Of a stretch of DNA of 64,000 nucleotides, positions 18,723-28,153 are shown one piece after another. This DNA is from Candidatus Paceibacter sp. Lineage in GTDB: Bacteria; Patescibacteriota; Patescibacteriia; Magasanikbacterales; UBA922. Position numbers and translations under genes: made by a program. Under the pieces are notes generated by a model that was not told the DNA's origin, ran no database searches, and saw nothing but the letters and a program-made list of their open reading frames with translations. The stretch covers positions 1,504-65,503 of the forward strand of contig DYFM01000001.1 in assembly GCA_020725175.1 (NCBI GenBank). Direction: 5' to 3'. Position 1 is the first letter of the stretch, and each line of letters begins with the position of its first letter.

Positions 18723-20824
18723 AGCGTCACATTGCTATTATTCTTCCCTGTTACAACGAAGAGAAAATCATTTCTCACTCTCTTCGTTCATTAACCGATT
18801 TTTTGGAAACGCAAATAGAACAACAGTGGACAATTGTGTGTGTTAATGATGGGAGTAGTGATACCACTGCGTCGAAGATTCGAGAATTTCAAAAAGAATA
18901 TCAAAATACTATTGTTACGGTACATTTCGTAGACAAAACTCATAATGAAGGAAAGGGGGCGGCTATTCAAGCGGGGGTAGAAGCGGTGAGGGCTGATTGG
19001 TATGGATATATGGATGCGGATGTATCGATTGACTTCCAGATTGCCCTACCAACGTTTGTTTCCGCAATGGATTCAAGTGATATGTTGATTGCGGAACGAA
19101 CTACCATGCAGAAAGAATACTCATGGTTTCGGAGATTGTCTTCACGGTTCATGACGTTTTTTCCGCGCTGGTTTTTTCGATTGTCATTTTCCGATCCGCA
19201 ATGTGGCTTCAAGTTCTTTCATCATTCTTTACTTCCATTGGTATCGGCAGTGCGGCAAAGTCGTTTTTCGTTTGATATAGAATTGTTGGTGCGAGTACAA
19301 ATGCAGGGAAAAAACATCAGGAGTATTCCGGTTACCTGGCAACATCGTACCGAAACGAGCGTTCGTCTGCGTGATGGCGTACGCTACCTCATAGATTTGT
19401 TTCCTATCATGGAGGTCGCCTATTCATGGCGGACGTTTTTGCGTTTGTATGTTCTCATGGCGTTTTTCATCACGATAATCGTGTATGGTTGGACAGTAGT
19501 CTACGGATATTTTTTTTCTGATGATTTTACGTGGTTGTGGCACGGGGCGAAGATTTTGCGTGGTGAAATAGGGATCATGGCACACATGTCCACGTTTTTC
19601 TCTCCGGTTATCAATGTGTTTTATACCCTTTTTTACACGTTGTTTTCCTATCATGCTTCGGTGTATTTTGGATTTGGTCTTTTGGTTCATGTGCTCACCG
19701 CAGTCATGGTGGGGGTGCTTACCCGGTACTTGAGTCGATCTCAGTTGGCCGGATTTATCGCAGTGGTATTGTTCTCTTTTGCTGGGAGCGCGTATGAACC
19801 GTTGGTATGGGTCGGGGCAAATATGCATAGTGTGGCAGCGATGTTTATTGTTTTGTCGGTACTATCGCTCGTTTTGTTTTTTGAGAAACCGAAAAGTAGA
19901 TTTTTGAGCCTTTTTACTACGGTACTGGCATTACTATTCGCACTTGGAACAAAAGAAATTGCTGTTGCGTTGCCACCAATATTATTGTATGTTTCTTGGT
20001 GGTATTTGCGTGATAAAAAGGTAAGACAAGAAACATGGAAACTATTTTTTGTGGCGATTATTGTATCGGCTGTTCCATTGTTTTGGTATGTCTATTCCCA
20101 ATATATCTGGCAAAAAAGTAGTGTTTGGGTGGGAAGCGGTGCTTTCTCTCTCTCAGTAGAGCGGTTGTATGGATTGCCGATAGTTCTTATGGATATGGTT
20201 TTTCCGTTAGCGCAGTTTTTACGATCTCATACCGCAATGTCGTATGCTCTTCTAGCGCTTGGGTTACTTGTTGCACTTTTATATCGATTTCGTCAGAATG
20301 CCACTGTCTGGTTTGGTTTTATTTGGGCGGTCATGGCTGTGATGCCGGTTTTATTTTTTAATCATCTACATTGGTGGGATGTTTTACCATCTCGGTACAC
20401 CTATACGGCTCGTATCGGTATTGTGATGATGATTGCTGTGATACTGGTGCAATTGTTGCAACAGGGAAAATATTTGCGACTCGTGCATCGTTTATTTTGG
20501 GTGATTCTTATCTTTATTCTATACAACACGATACATACCGCTCATATTATTTCCACCCAGTATGCATATGTGTATGAAACCGGTCGGGCACTAACAAAAG
20601 TAAGTGAAGAATTGGCTACTATACAGCCGGAGAAAGTTGTAGTAGAATGGTATAGACCGTTTGAAAAAAATGTTGCGCATATTATCGGTGCATTTGACGT
20701 TATCGCCGGTATTCCGGAGGATCGGGTAGAGTTTTTGGAAAAAGATGAATTGTATGAACCGAAAGAGGGTGAAGTGGTAGTACGGTGGAATGATGGAGAT
20801 ATGCGATATCATTTGTTGAGGTAG
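18719..20824 (+). CDS. GT2 polyprenyl-phosphate sugar synthase domain fused to a GT-C-like multi-pass domain
   Basis: ILPCYNEE, VNDGSSD, NEGKGAAI, MDAD, DPQCGFK, FDIELL; then FFSDDF loop and many TM segments; ATGA overlap with the previous gene. Confidence 0.8.
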   Translation: MKRHIAIILPCYNEEKIISHSLRSLTDFLETQIEQQWTIVCVNDGSSDTTASKIREFQKEYQNTIVTVHFVDKTHNEGKGAAIQAGVEAVRADWYGYMDADVSIDFQIALPTFVSAMDSSDMLIAERTTMQKEYSWFRRLSSRFMTFFPRWFFRLSFSDPQCGFKFFHHSLLPLVSAVRQSRFSFDIELLVRVQMQGKNIRSIPVTWQHRTETSVRLRDGVRYLIDLFPIMEVAYSWRTFLRLYVLMAFFITIIVYGWTVVYGYFFSDDFTWLWHGAKILRGEIGIMAHMSTFFSPVINVFYTLFYTLFSYHASVYFGFGLLVHVLTAVMVGVLTRYLSRSQLAGFIAVVLFSFAGSAYEPLVWVGANMHSVAAMFIVLSVLSLVLFFEKPKSRFLSLFTTVLALLFALGTKEIAVALPPILLYVSWWYLRDKKVRQETWKLFFVAIIVSAVPLFWYVYSQYIWQKSSVWVGSGAFSLSVERLYGLPIVLMDMVFPLAQFLRSHTAMSYALLALGLLVALLYRFRQNATVWFGFIWAVMAVMPVLFFNHLHWWDVLPSRYTYTARIGIVMMIAVILVQLLQQGKYLRLVHRLFWVILIFILYNTIHTAHIISTQYAYVYETGRALTKVSEELATIQPEKVVVEWYRPFEKNVAHIIGAFDVIAGIPEDRVEFLEKDELYEPKEGEVVVRWNDGDMRYHLLR

Positions 20825-20910
20825 GTGATTTTTTTATAGAACACGGATTGGACGGAATTTGAAAAATAGAGGAAAGAGTCTTTTGGTTCGTATTTATACG
20901 TAGAATTTAT

Positions 20911-21576
20911 ATGGTAAATGCAGAGATTGATACCCTTGCCAAAAAGATTTGGAACTATCATTTACTGCACCATTCTTTGAAACCAGCTGATATTCTTTTC
21001 GTCCTTTGTAGTCATGATTTACGGGTAGCTGACTATGCTGCTGAGTTATTTCATAAAGGGTTTGCGCCTTGGCTTGTTTTTTCCGGGGGAATAGCTCACA
21101 AAGGTGATTTGGTGGAAACTCCTTGGGATGAACCTGAGGCAATGGTGTTTGCCAGGCGAGCGAAAGAATTGAAGGTTCCCGATTCAGTAATACTTACAGA
21201 AGTACAGTCTACAAACTGTGGAGAAAATGTTCAGTTTACTAAAAACCTCTTAATACAGAAAAAAATTAGTGTTTCAACCATTATAGCGGTGCAAAAACCC
21301 TACATGGAACGAAGGACATTTGCAACATTGAAGAAGCATTGGCCGGAAAAACAGATAGTCGTTACTTCTCCTCCAATTTTGTATGAAGAATATCCAACGA
21401 CAGAAATTTCTCTTGAAGATGTAATTCATATCATGGTAGGAGATTTGCAGAGAATAAAAATTTACGCCGACAAAGGGTATCAAATTTCTCAGGAAATACC
21501 AGCGGATGTGTGGCAAGCGTATGAAAGACTGGTAAAACTTGGATACACGAAGCATTTGATAAAAGACAACCATTAA
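20911..21576 (+). CDS. YdcF/DUF218 family protein
   Basis: LCSHDLRVA, FSGG, PEA, STNCGENV, VQKPYMERR. Confidence 0.88.
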   Translation: MVNAEIDTLAKKIWNYHLLHHSLKPADILFVLCSHDLRVADYAAELFHKGFAPWLVFSGGIAHKGDLVETPWDEPEAMVFARRAKELKVPDSVILTEVQSTNCGENVQFTKNLLIQKKISVSTIIAVQKPYMERRTFATLKKHWPEKQIVVTSPPILYEEYPTTEISLEDVIHIMVGDLQRIKIYADKGYQISQEIPADVWQAYERLVKLGYTKHLIKDNH

Positions 21577-21589
21577 AAAACAGTTGTGT

Positions 21590-22279
21590 ATGCACCAAAT
21601 CCAACTTCAACAATTTTCCGGACCACTTGATTTATTGCTTTCTTTGATTGAAGATGAGAAAATGGATATTACCACTGTTTCATTGTCGACAGTTACCGAG
21701 CAATATCTCAAGTATATTGATGAGCATGAAGAAATTCCGGCGGAAGAGTTGGCTGACTTTTTGACGGTAGCGGCAAAATTGTTATTGTTGAAATCGAAAC
21801 TGTTGTTACCAAAATTTTTACCGGAAGAAGATGAGGAGCCGGATTTGGCTTCTCAATTGCGACTGTATAAAGCCTTTGTGGAAGCAAGTCGCACAGTTCA
21901 TCGGCTATGGTTGAGTGAAAAAAGAGGGGTATTTCGTGTTGAACCGGTTCGAAAGGTGGAGGGATTTGTACCGCCGGAAAACGTTACTGTGGATAGCCTC
22001 CACACGCGTATGGTACAATTGTTGAAACGGTTAAAACCATTAAAAGCTCTTCCAAAGACTACTATTGATAAAACAGTAAGTTTGAAGGAAAAGATACATC
22101 ACATTCGAATGCTTCTTAGTAAAGATAAAAAAGTTCTTTTTCATGAAGTGCTCGATAATACACGGAATAAAACAGAAGTGATTGTTGGGTTTTTGGCCCT
22201 TCTTGAGTTGGTAAAACAACGCAGTGCTATCTTACAGCAAGATGAGACGTTTAGTGATATTGTGATTGAGGGGTTGTAA
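21590..22279 (+). CDS. scpA: Segregation and condensation protein A
   Basis: FSGPLDLLLSLI, VTEQYL, AAKLLLLKSK, FLALLELVK. Confidence 0.95.
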   Translation: MHQIQLQQFSGPLDLLLSLIEDEKMDITTVSLSTVTEQYLKYIDEHEEIPAEELADFLTVAAKLLLLKSKLLLPKFLPEEDEEPDLASQLRLYKAFVEASRTVHRLWLSEKRGVFRVEPVRKVEGFVPPENVTVDSLHTRMVQLLKRLKPLKALPKTTIDKTVSLKEKIHHIRMLLSKDKKVLFHEVLDNTRNKTEVIVGFLALLELVKQRSAILQQDETFSDIVIEGL

Positions 22280-22290
22280 TCATCTGTAGG

Positions 22291-22461
22291 ACGGATTACG
22301 GATAATACGGAGGTACGTACGGATACTAAATTTGCAGAGTAAGCTCGTAAGCAGAATAGGCAGAGTAGGCACATACAGTACAATAGCGTATTCTACGTAC
22401 TCTGCTTTCTTGCATATTCTACTCAACACCACATCCGTACCTCCGTATTATTGTAATCCGT
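22291..22461. mobile_element. About 170-nt nested inverted-repeat (MITE-like) element, copy 1, between scpA and scpB
   Basis: Outer arms acggattacggataatacggaggtacg / ccgtacctccgtattattgtaatccgt; inner arms of GCAGA(G/A)TA units; colinear with 60321-60492. Confidence 0.8.
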
Positions 22462-22487
22462 AAAGTTATTCTCAACAGTACATCCAT

Positions 22488-23051
22488 ATGAACTTACTTT
22501 CCCAAATCGAATCCATTCTCTTTGTGGCGTCAAAGCCGGTAACCGCTAAAAAAATGGCACAGGCCACCGGTCAAGATGTGGTAAAGATTGAAGAAGCGCT
22601 GGAAACTTTGCGTATGAAGTATAATCGAGAAGATTCTGGTATTCATTTGTTGTTTACAGAAGATAGTGTACAGATGGCAACGAATCCGGAAAACGTCACG
22701 GTAATTGATGGTTTTATTAAAGATGAAATTGCCGGCGAATTGACAAAAGCGCAGCTGGAAACCCTTACTGTTATCGCATATCACGGGCCGGTGACCCGAC
22801 CGGAATTGGAACAGATTCGCGGAGTCAATTGCGCGGTAATCATTCGCAACTTGATGATTCGGGGTCTGGTAGAAGAGCAGGTAAGTAGTGATAGTGTTCT
22901 TTCTCGATATGTGATTTCTACTGAAGCACTGCGTCATTTGGGAGTTGCGTCGGTGGAAGAATTGCCGCAGTATGAAGAGCTACATCGGCATGAATACATT
23001 GAGGCGGTGTTGAATGGTGGAACTGGTGAGAGTGGGGAAGAGGAAGGGTAA
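22488..23051 (+). CDS. scpB: Segregation and condensation protein B
   Basis: IESILFVASKPV, LTKAQLETLTVIAY, PVTRPELEQIRGVN. Confidence 0.95.
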   Translation: MNLLSQIESILFVASKPVTAKKMAQATGQDVVKIEEALETLRMKYNREDSGIHLLFTEDSVQMATNPENVTVIDGFIKDEIAGELTKAQLETLTVIAYHGPVTRPELEQIRGVNCAVIIRNLMIRGLVEEQVSSDSVLSRYVISTEALRHLGVASVEELPQYEELHRHEYIEAVLNGGTGESGEEEG

Positions 23052-23115
23052 TTTTTTTGAGTCAGCGGAGATAACGAAAAATAAGCAGAGGGAGCGGAAT
23101 TATCATTACTATTTT

Positions 23116-24174
23116 ATGGATATTCGGAACATATTTCAAAAAAAAATACCGTTGATACGAAACTTCTTTTTTGTTTTTGCATTGGTAGGGCTTTTGGTAG
23201 GTGGTTTTTTCTTCACTTATTTCCACTATACCAAACCTGAACAATTAACGAAGCTATTGTTTAAAGTTGCCAACATTAACGTGGAAGGGCTAGTATTTGA
23301 TCGTTTGGTGGGAGGTGATATTATGATTGCGCCACCGGCACAAGCGGTTCCGGAACTGCCGGAGCTCATCGGAGAATTACCTGCGCCAGAATTGTTTACT
23401 GCTGAGAGAATGTTGGTAAAAGATAAAGAAACCGGGACCATACTGTATGGAAAGAAAGAGTACGAACAATGGCCAATTGCGAGTATTACAAAACTTATGT
23501 CGGCATTGGTGCTGCTCGAATATTCCCCAACCTGGTCTTCTTCAACAGTTGTAATTGGTGAAGATTGGCTGGATGTGCATATGTATAAAGGAGATACGTA
23601 CACGTTTGAACAAATTTGGAATGCTGCCTTGATTGCATCGTCAAATAAAGCTGTCAAAACGTTTGTCCACGCACTTGATATTCCTGAAGAGGTATTTGTG
23701 GCTCGAATGAATGAAAAAGCAAAGGAGCTTGGCATGACTGATACGGTTTTTTTTGAAACCAGTGGACTTGATCAGCGAAATGTTTCCACTGCTTCTGATA
23801 TCGTGCTACTCTTACAAGCTGCTCTAGAAGAGGAAAAAATTCAAAAAACCTTACTTACCAGAGAATACCGTTTGTATTCAAAAGAAAGAAAAAAAGGTCA
23901 TCACATGTGGAACACAAATTGGTTACTGTTGGGTTGGATTCCAAACACCTTTCCAAAAATCAATGGAGGAAAAACAGGGTTTATCGAAGCGGCACAATAT
24001 AATCTAGTGATTGAGATTGAAGATGAAAAAGGAAGGGTTTTGGATGTGGTCATTTTGGGGGCAGAAAGTAATGAGAGCCGTTTTACCGAAGCAAGAGATG
24101 TGGCCGAGGCGGTATTAAAACAGTATCGTTGGCCGAAGGATGAGATTGTTGTTGAGGATGAAATAACCGATTAA
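23116..24174 (+). CDS. D-alanyl-D-alanine carboxypeptidase/endopeptidase (peptidase S11)
   Basis: N-terminal TM segment; SxxK (IASITKLM), SxN (SSN), KTG (GGKTGF). Confidence 0.9.
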   Translation: MDIRNIFQKKIPLIRNFFFVFALVGLLVGGFFFTYFHYTKPEQLTKLLFKVANINVEGLVFDRLVGGDIMIAPPAQAVPELPELIGELPAPELFTAERMLVKDKETGTILYGKKEYEQWPIASITKLMSALVLLEYSPTWSSSTVVIGEDWLDVHMYKGDTYTFEQIWNAALIASSNKAVKTFVHALDIPEEVFVARMNEKAKELGMTDTVFFETSGLDQRNVSTASDIVLLLQAALEEEKIQKTLLTREYRLYSKERKKGHHMWNTNWLLLGWIPNTFPKINGGKTGFIEAAQYNLVIEIEDEKGRVLDVVILGAESNESRFTEARDVAEAVLKQYRWPKDEIVVEDEITD

Positions 24175-24357
24175 AGAAATATAGAAATAACTCCACCCCC
24201 ACCCGAGGCGGGTAAACAAGGTGGGTAAACAAGGCTGACAGGTAAGGCGGACACGTGCGTAGGGAAATTCATTGGGTGGAATTGTTTCACTATATCTGTA
24301 TTTTGTTTTTTCGTCATGTATTGTTTCGATATTTGTTTTTAAGCGATAGTAAAATGT

Positions 24358-24864
24358 ATGTTTCATTTGAATCCTCTCGATCTTGTTGGAAATATTCCGC
24401 CGGAGCTGGCAACGTTTTTATTGTCAATGTTGCCGATTGTTGAGTTGCGTGGATCACTTCCGTTGGCGTTAACTGTATTCCAGATGCCTATCTATACGGC
24501 ATATCTGTTGGCGGTGTTGGGAAATATTTTTCCGACCATTTTTATTTTATGGCTCATGCCATATTTGCATGATTGGATTATCAAACAACGGTTTGTTGGT
24601 AATTATTTGAAACGAAAATTGCAACATGCGGAAGTAAAGTTTTCCGGTAAATATTCCAAATATGGTTTAGTGGCGCTGGTTATTTTTGTTGCCATACCGC
24701 TTCCGATGACGGGGGCATGGACCGGATCTTTGGCAGCGTTTATCTTCAATATTCCTTTTAAGAAATCATTTCCAATGATTGCGCTCGGTGTTGCGATAGC
24801 GGGTGTATTGGTCACGTTGATTACACTTTTTGCCAAAGGAGCGTTGGGGTGGTTGTTGGGATAA
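24358..24864 (+). CDS. Small multidrug export-like membrane protein (COG2426)
   Basis: SMLPIVELRGSLP, FVAIPLPMTGAWTG. Confidence 0.88.
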   Translation: MFHLNPLDLVGNIPPELATFLLSMLPIVELRGSLPLALTVFQMPIYTAYLLAVLGNIFPTIFILWLMPYLHDWIIKQRFVGNYLKRKLQHAEVKFSGKYSKYGLVALVIFVAIPLPMTGAWTGSLAAFIFNIPFKKSFPMIALGVAIAGVLVTLITLFAKGALGWLLG

Positions 24865-24869
24865 TGCAT

Positions 24870-24974
24870 AAATCAAAAGTCGAACATAAAAAATCCTAAA
24901 TCACGGAACCTGAGTCATCTGAAAAAATGAAAAGGATTTATGATTTAGGATTTTTGATTTTAGATTTTGATTTA
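24870..24974. repeat. Inverted heptamer array (AAATCCT/AGGATTT-type) between convergent genes
   Basis: aaatcaaaa...aaaaatcctaaatca pairs with tgatttaggattttt...ttttgattt. Confidence 0.8.
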
Positions 24975-25940
24975 CTGTATTTCCAAGACAACAATCTCTG
25001 GTGGGTTAAATAATCTTGCTCTTACTCCTGATTCTCCAATACCGCTCGTAACAAAAACATGGAGATCTTCATATGTGTACCAGCCTTGGTACCAATTTTT
25101 GTTCGGAACATCTCCAATTCTACCAATAGGGCCAATGAAAGGGAGTCGTATTTGACCGCCGTGGGTGTGTCCGGATAGCATGAGGTCAATATCATGTTTG
25201 GCAACTTCTTGAGTGGCTGCCGGATTGTGGATGAGGGCAATGGTTGGGATGTTTTTGGTACGTTTTTCCAGTGAAGAAAAATCGAGTGTGCCGTTCCACC
25301 ATTCATCACCACCAAAAAGGTAGAATGATTCACCATTGACAGAAATCTCTTCAAGCTCATTGATGAGATACTGAACACCCAATTCTCGCATTACCTCGGC
25401 TGTGTGTTGGCTCCGGTCGGTAAATCGAAATGCCGGATTAGAAATTGATTTTCCACCTGGTATTCCGTACTCGTGATTTCCATGAACTGCGTAAGTGGGA
25501 ACTGTTGAAGCCAGTCGAGCGAGTGGAGTGAGGTAGATGGTTTCATCTTCCGTGGTATATGAATTATCAATGAGATCACCGATGATAAATACAATGTCTG
25601 GTTGTAGTGCAAGAATTCTGTCGACAGATTGGTCAACAAAGTCAGTTTTTTTGTATGGCCCAACCTGATAATCAGCTATCACTACTGCGCGAATAGGCTT
25701 GGAAATTTTTGGGAGATCAATTGTTTCAGGGTTAAGAACAATAATTCTCGGTTCGATAAAACTGCCATAGATGAGGGTGAGACTGGCAAGAGAAAAGAGA
25801 ATGGCAAACAGGCGGGAAAATGTTTTGTGCAATTCGTGCCAATTGGTTTTCTTTTTCCGCAGGTAGAATAAAACCACCGCCGGAAAAGCGGTGAGGATTA
25901 TTCCTAGCCAAATGACTATATCAAAGTGGAGAGGTGTCAT
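24972..25940 (-). CDS. Membrane-anchored metallophosphoesterase (YkuE-like)
   Basis: Two N-terminal TM segments; ADYQ, GDLID, GNHE, HNP, SGHTHGGQ, TSGIG; ATG at 25940, because the longer ORF call runs through the tRNA. Confidence 0.9.
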   Translation of the reverse strand: MTPLHFDIVIWLGIILTAFPAVVLFYLRKKKTNWHELHKTFSRLFAILFSLASLTLIYGSFIEPRIIVLNPETIDLPKISKPIRAVVIADYQVGPYKKTDFVDQSVDRILALQPDIVFIIGDLIDNSYTTEDETIYLTPLARLASTVPTYAVHGNHEYGIPGGKSISNPAFRFTDRSQHTAEVMRELGVQYLINELEEISVNGESFYLFGGDEWWNGTLDFSSLEKRTKNIPTIALIHNPAATQEVAKHDIDLMLSGHTHGGQIRLPFIGPIGRIGDVPNKNWYQGWYTYEDLHVFVTSGIGESGVRARLFNPPEIVVLEIQ

Positions 25941-25942
25941 AG

Positions 25943-26027
25943 TGCCGTCGGAGAGAATCGAACTCTCACTCTCGCAGGGAGAACGGGATTTTGAGTCCCG
26001 CGCGTCTACCAATTCCGCCACGACGGC
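25943..26027 (-). tRNA. tRNA-Leu (CAA)
   Basis: GCCGTCG acceptor pairs with CGACGGC-A; D arm GCGGAATTGGTAGACGC; anticodon arm CGGGA-CTCAAAA-TCCCG; long variable arm; T arm GAGAG-TTCGATT-CTCTC; CCA not encoded. Confidence 0.96.
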
Positions 26028-26065
26028 TTAATGTAGCAAAAATTATCCAGTGGATAACAGGGAAT

Positions 26066-26107
26066 AGTATAGAATATATTGTGATTTTTGTCAATGTGAT
26101 GTATAAT
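26066..26107. promoter_or_regulatory. Overlapping divergent sigma70 promoters (tRNA-Leu on minus, parA on plus)
   Basis: Minus: TTGACA(26094-26089)-17-TATACT(26071-26066). Plus: TTGTGA(26079)-17-TATAAT(26102). Confidence 0.6.
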
Positions 26108-26108
26108 T

Positions 26109-26219
26109 GCTCTGAGTTAGCTGAGCTAGCTAAGTTTTCTGAGTGCTCTAAGTTTTCTAAGAGTAGACTCAGTCAACTCAGAACACTCAGAAAACTCAGA
26201 ACACTTAGTTAACTCAGCA
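26109..26219. repeat. Inverted nonamer array (CTGAGTTTT/AAAACTCAG-type) in the parA leader
   Basis: About five ctgagttag/ctaagtttt units face about five aactcagaa/aaaactcag units; ends 2 nt before the parA ATG. Confidence 0.85.
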
Positions 26220-26221
26220 CC

Positions 26222-26989
26222 ATGTCTCGCATCATTTCTGTTGTTAATCAAAAAGGTGGAGTAGGGAAGACTACTACTGCCATGAATTTGGCCGCGCACT
26301 TATCGGAGCTCGGTAAGTTTGTATTGTTGGTTGATATGGATTCTCAAGGAAATGCGACCAGTGGACTTGGAGTCGATAAAAGTACGGTGCAGCATGGAAT
26401 TTATGAAGCATTGGCACGCCAAAAAAGAATTCATGATGTGGTTCGAAATACTATGCACGATGGACTTCGAGTTGCTCCGGCAACACCAAATTTGGCGGGT
26501 GCAAATATCGAACTCGTCGATGTAGAACGACGAGAACATCAGCTTTCCGATCTCCTTTCGGAAGTAAAGCATGCGTATGATTATATTATTATTGATTGCC
26601 CGCCGTCGCTTGGTTTGTTGACTATCAATAGTTTGGTGGCAGCTGATGAACTGTTGATTCCCGTCCAGGCGGAATATTATGCTCTTGAAGGACTGGGCCA
26701 ACTTCTTAATACTATAGAACTTATTCAGACACATATAAAACCGGAACTCAAGATTCTTGGTGCGGTCATTACGATGTTTGATAAGCGCACTCGACTTTCT
26801 GAAGAAGTAATGGGGCAACTTTATCAATACTTTCCCGATGGAATATTTCGATCAATTATTCCTCGTACGGTGAGATTGGCTGAAGCGCCAAGTTTTGGAA
26901 AAAGTATTTTGCAATATGAACCGGGGGGAAAGGGTTCGAAAGCGTATGAACGATTGGCGAGGGAGATATTGGAAAAGCATGAAGGTTGA
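26222..26989 (+). CDS. parA: Chromosome partitioning ATPase ParA/Soj
   Basis: NQKGGVGKTTT, DMDSQGNAT, IDCPPSLG, VQAEYYALEG, RLAEAPSFG. Confidence 0.96.
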   Translation: MSRIISVVNQKGGVGKTTTAMNLAAHLSELGKFVLLVDMDSQGNATSGLGVDKSTVQHGIYEALARQKRIHDVVRNTMHDGLRVAPATPNLAGANIELVDVERREHQLSDLLSEVKHAYDYIIIDCPPSLGLLTINSLVAADELLIPVQAEYYALEGLGQLLNTIELIQTHIKPELKILGAVITMFDKRTRLSEEVMGQLYQYFPDGIFRSIIPRTVRLAEAPSFGKSILQYEPGGKGSKAYERLAREILEKHEG

Positions 26990-27003
26990 TCGGCTATTGA
27001 ATC

Positions 27004-27148
27004 TTACAGATAATACGGAGATACGGATGTTGGTTTTCAGATATAGTGAAATGATGAAATAAAAGCTTTTCATTATGATCAATTTACTTCGCTAATTCAA
27101 TGTATAGCAAGATAGATATCTGTAACTCCGTGTTATCCGTAATCTGTA
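27004..27148. mobile_element. MITE-like element with the same outer arms as 22291/60321 but a different interior, between parA and parB
   Basis: ttacagataatacggagatacggat / atctgtaactccgtgttatccgtaatctgta; interior has gaaatgatgaaat / tttcattatg. Confidence 0.7.
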
Positions 27149-27183
27149 CTATCAATTCTTCTTACTTATAAACAGGAAGTCAT

Positions 27184-28044
27184 ATGGCACTCGGCAAAGG
27201 TCTCAATTCACTTATTCCGCAAAAGAAGACGGCGACAGCTGTTCTTGATAAACCAACTACTAAAAAGCCGGATGGCGAACGGGTGTGGCAGATTCCTATT
27301 TCTGAAATTGTGCCAAATCCGGAACAGCCACGAAAGCATTTCAATCATCAGGATTTGGAAGATTTAATTGCTTCGATTAAAAAACACGGTATCATGCAGC
27401 CATTGACCGTTACGGAACGGGCAGATGGGGGATATGAACTCATTGCCGGAGAGCGTCGATTGAGGGCTTCTCAAATGGCTGGACTTGTGACTGTGCCGGC
27501 ACTGGTGCGAGGTGCGACACAGCAAGAAAAGCTTGAACTGGCGCTGATTGAAAATATTCAACGCCAAGAACTAAATGCTATTGAAGAAGCGTTTGCTTTT
27601 CAGCGTTTGATCGATGAATTTGGTTTGACGCAGCAAGAGGTTGCCGATCAAGTGGGAAAGAGTCGTCCTCAGGTAGCAAACACGATTCGATTGCTCAGTT
27701 TGCCAGACCGAGTTCAAAAAGCCTTGGTAGATGGAGTGATTACCATGGGAAAAGCTCGCGCCCTCTTGAGTTTGAAAGATGAACAGGAACTTTTAGATGT
27801 GTTTGAAGAAATGGTTGGACAACAGGTAACAGTACGAGATGTAGAAAAGACAGTCGCACAAAAAGGTGTTCGTTCTCGAAAAGGTTCTGTACGAAGAGAT
27901 CCGAATCTTCTTGCTCAAGAACAGCTTTTGGAAGATAGACTGGGAGCCAAAGTGCATATCTCTCAAAAAGGGGAACGAGGGACAATTACGATTGAGTATC
28001 ATTCGAAAGAAGAGTTGAAACGGATTATGGAGGAGATAATTTGA
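27184..28044 (+). CDS. parB: Chromosome partitioning protein ParB/Spo0J
   Basis: LGKGLNSLI, NPEQPRKHF, IAGERRLRA, ENIQRQELNAIEEA, HTH GKSRPQVAN. Confidence 0.96.
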   Translation: MALGKGLNSLIPQKKTATAVLDKPTTKKPDGERVWQIPISEIVPNPEQPRKHFNHQDLEDLIASIKKHGIMQPLTVTERADGGYELIAGERRLRASQMAGLVTVPALVRGATQQEKLELALIENIQRQELNAIEEAFAFQRLIDEFGLTQQEVADQVGKSRPQVANTIRLLSLPDRVQKALVDGVITMGKARALLSLKDEQELLDVFEEMVGQQVTVRDVEKTVAQKGVRSRKGSVRRDPNLLAQEQLLEDRLGAKVHISQKGERGTITIEYHSKEELKRIMEEII

Positions 28045-28051
28045 CATACTC

Positions 28052-28107
28052 GAAATATCGAAATAACGAAATAGCGAAATAAAGAAATGAAGAAATAACG
28101 AAATACA
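28052..28107 (+). repeat. Tandem octamer array GAAATAAC-like x7
   Basis: gaaatatc gaaataac gaaatagc gaaataaa gaaatgaa gaaataac gaaataca. Confidence 0.85.
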
Positions 28108-28153
28108 AAATAGTAAAGTTTACTTTTAAGAACTTTTATTCACCTGAAAAAAT

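Noticed and set aside
25941-26021. N-terminal extension MAELVDARDSKS... of the metallophosphoesterase in the ORF track
   Set aside because: It is a translation of the tRNA-Leu gene; the plausible start is the ATG at 25940
26040-28150. Replication origin or parS near parAB
   Set aside because: No canonical parS palindrome was found by eye, only isolated DnaA-box-like 9-mers (for example near 26050 and 43268) occur, and dnaA is not in the window
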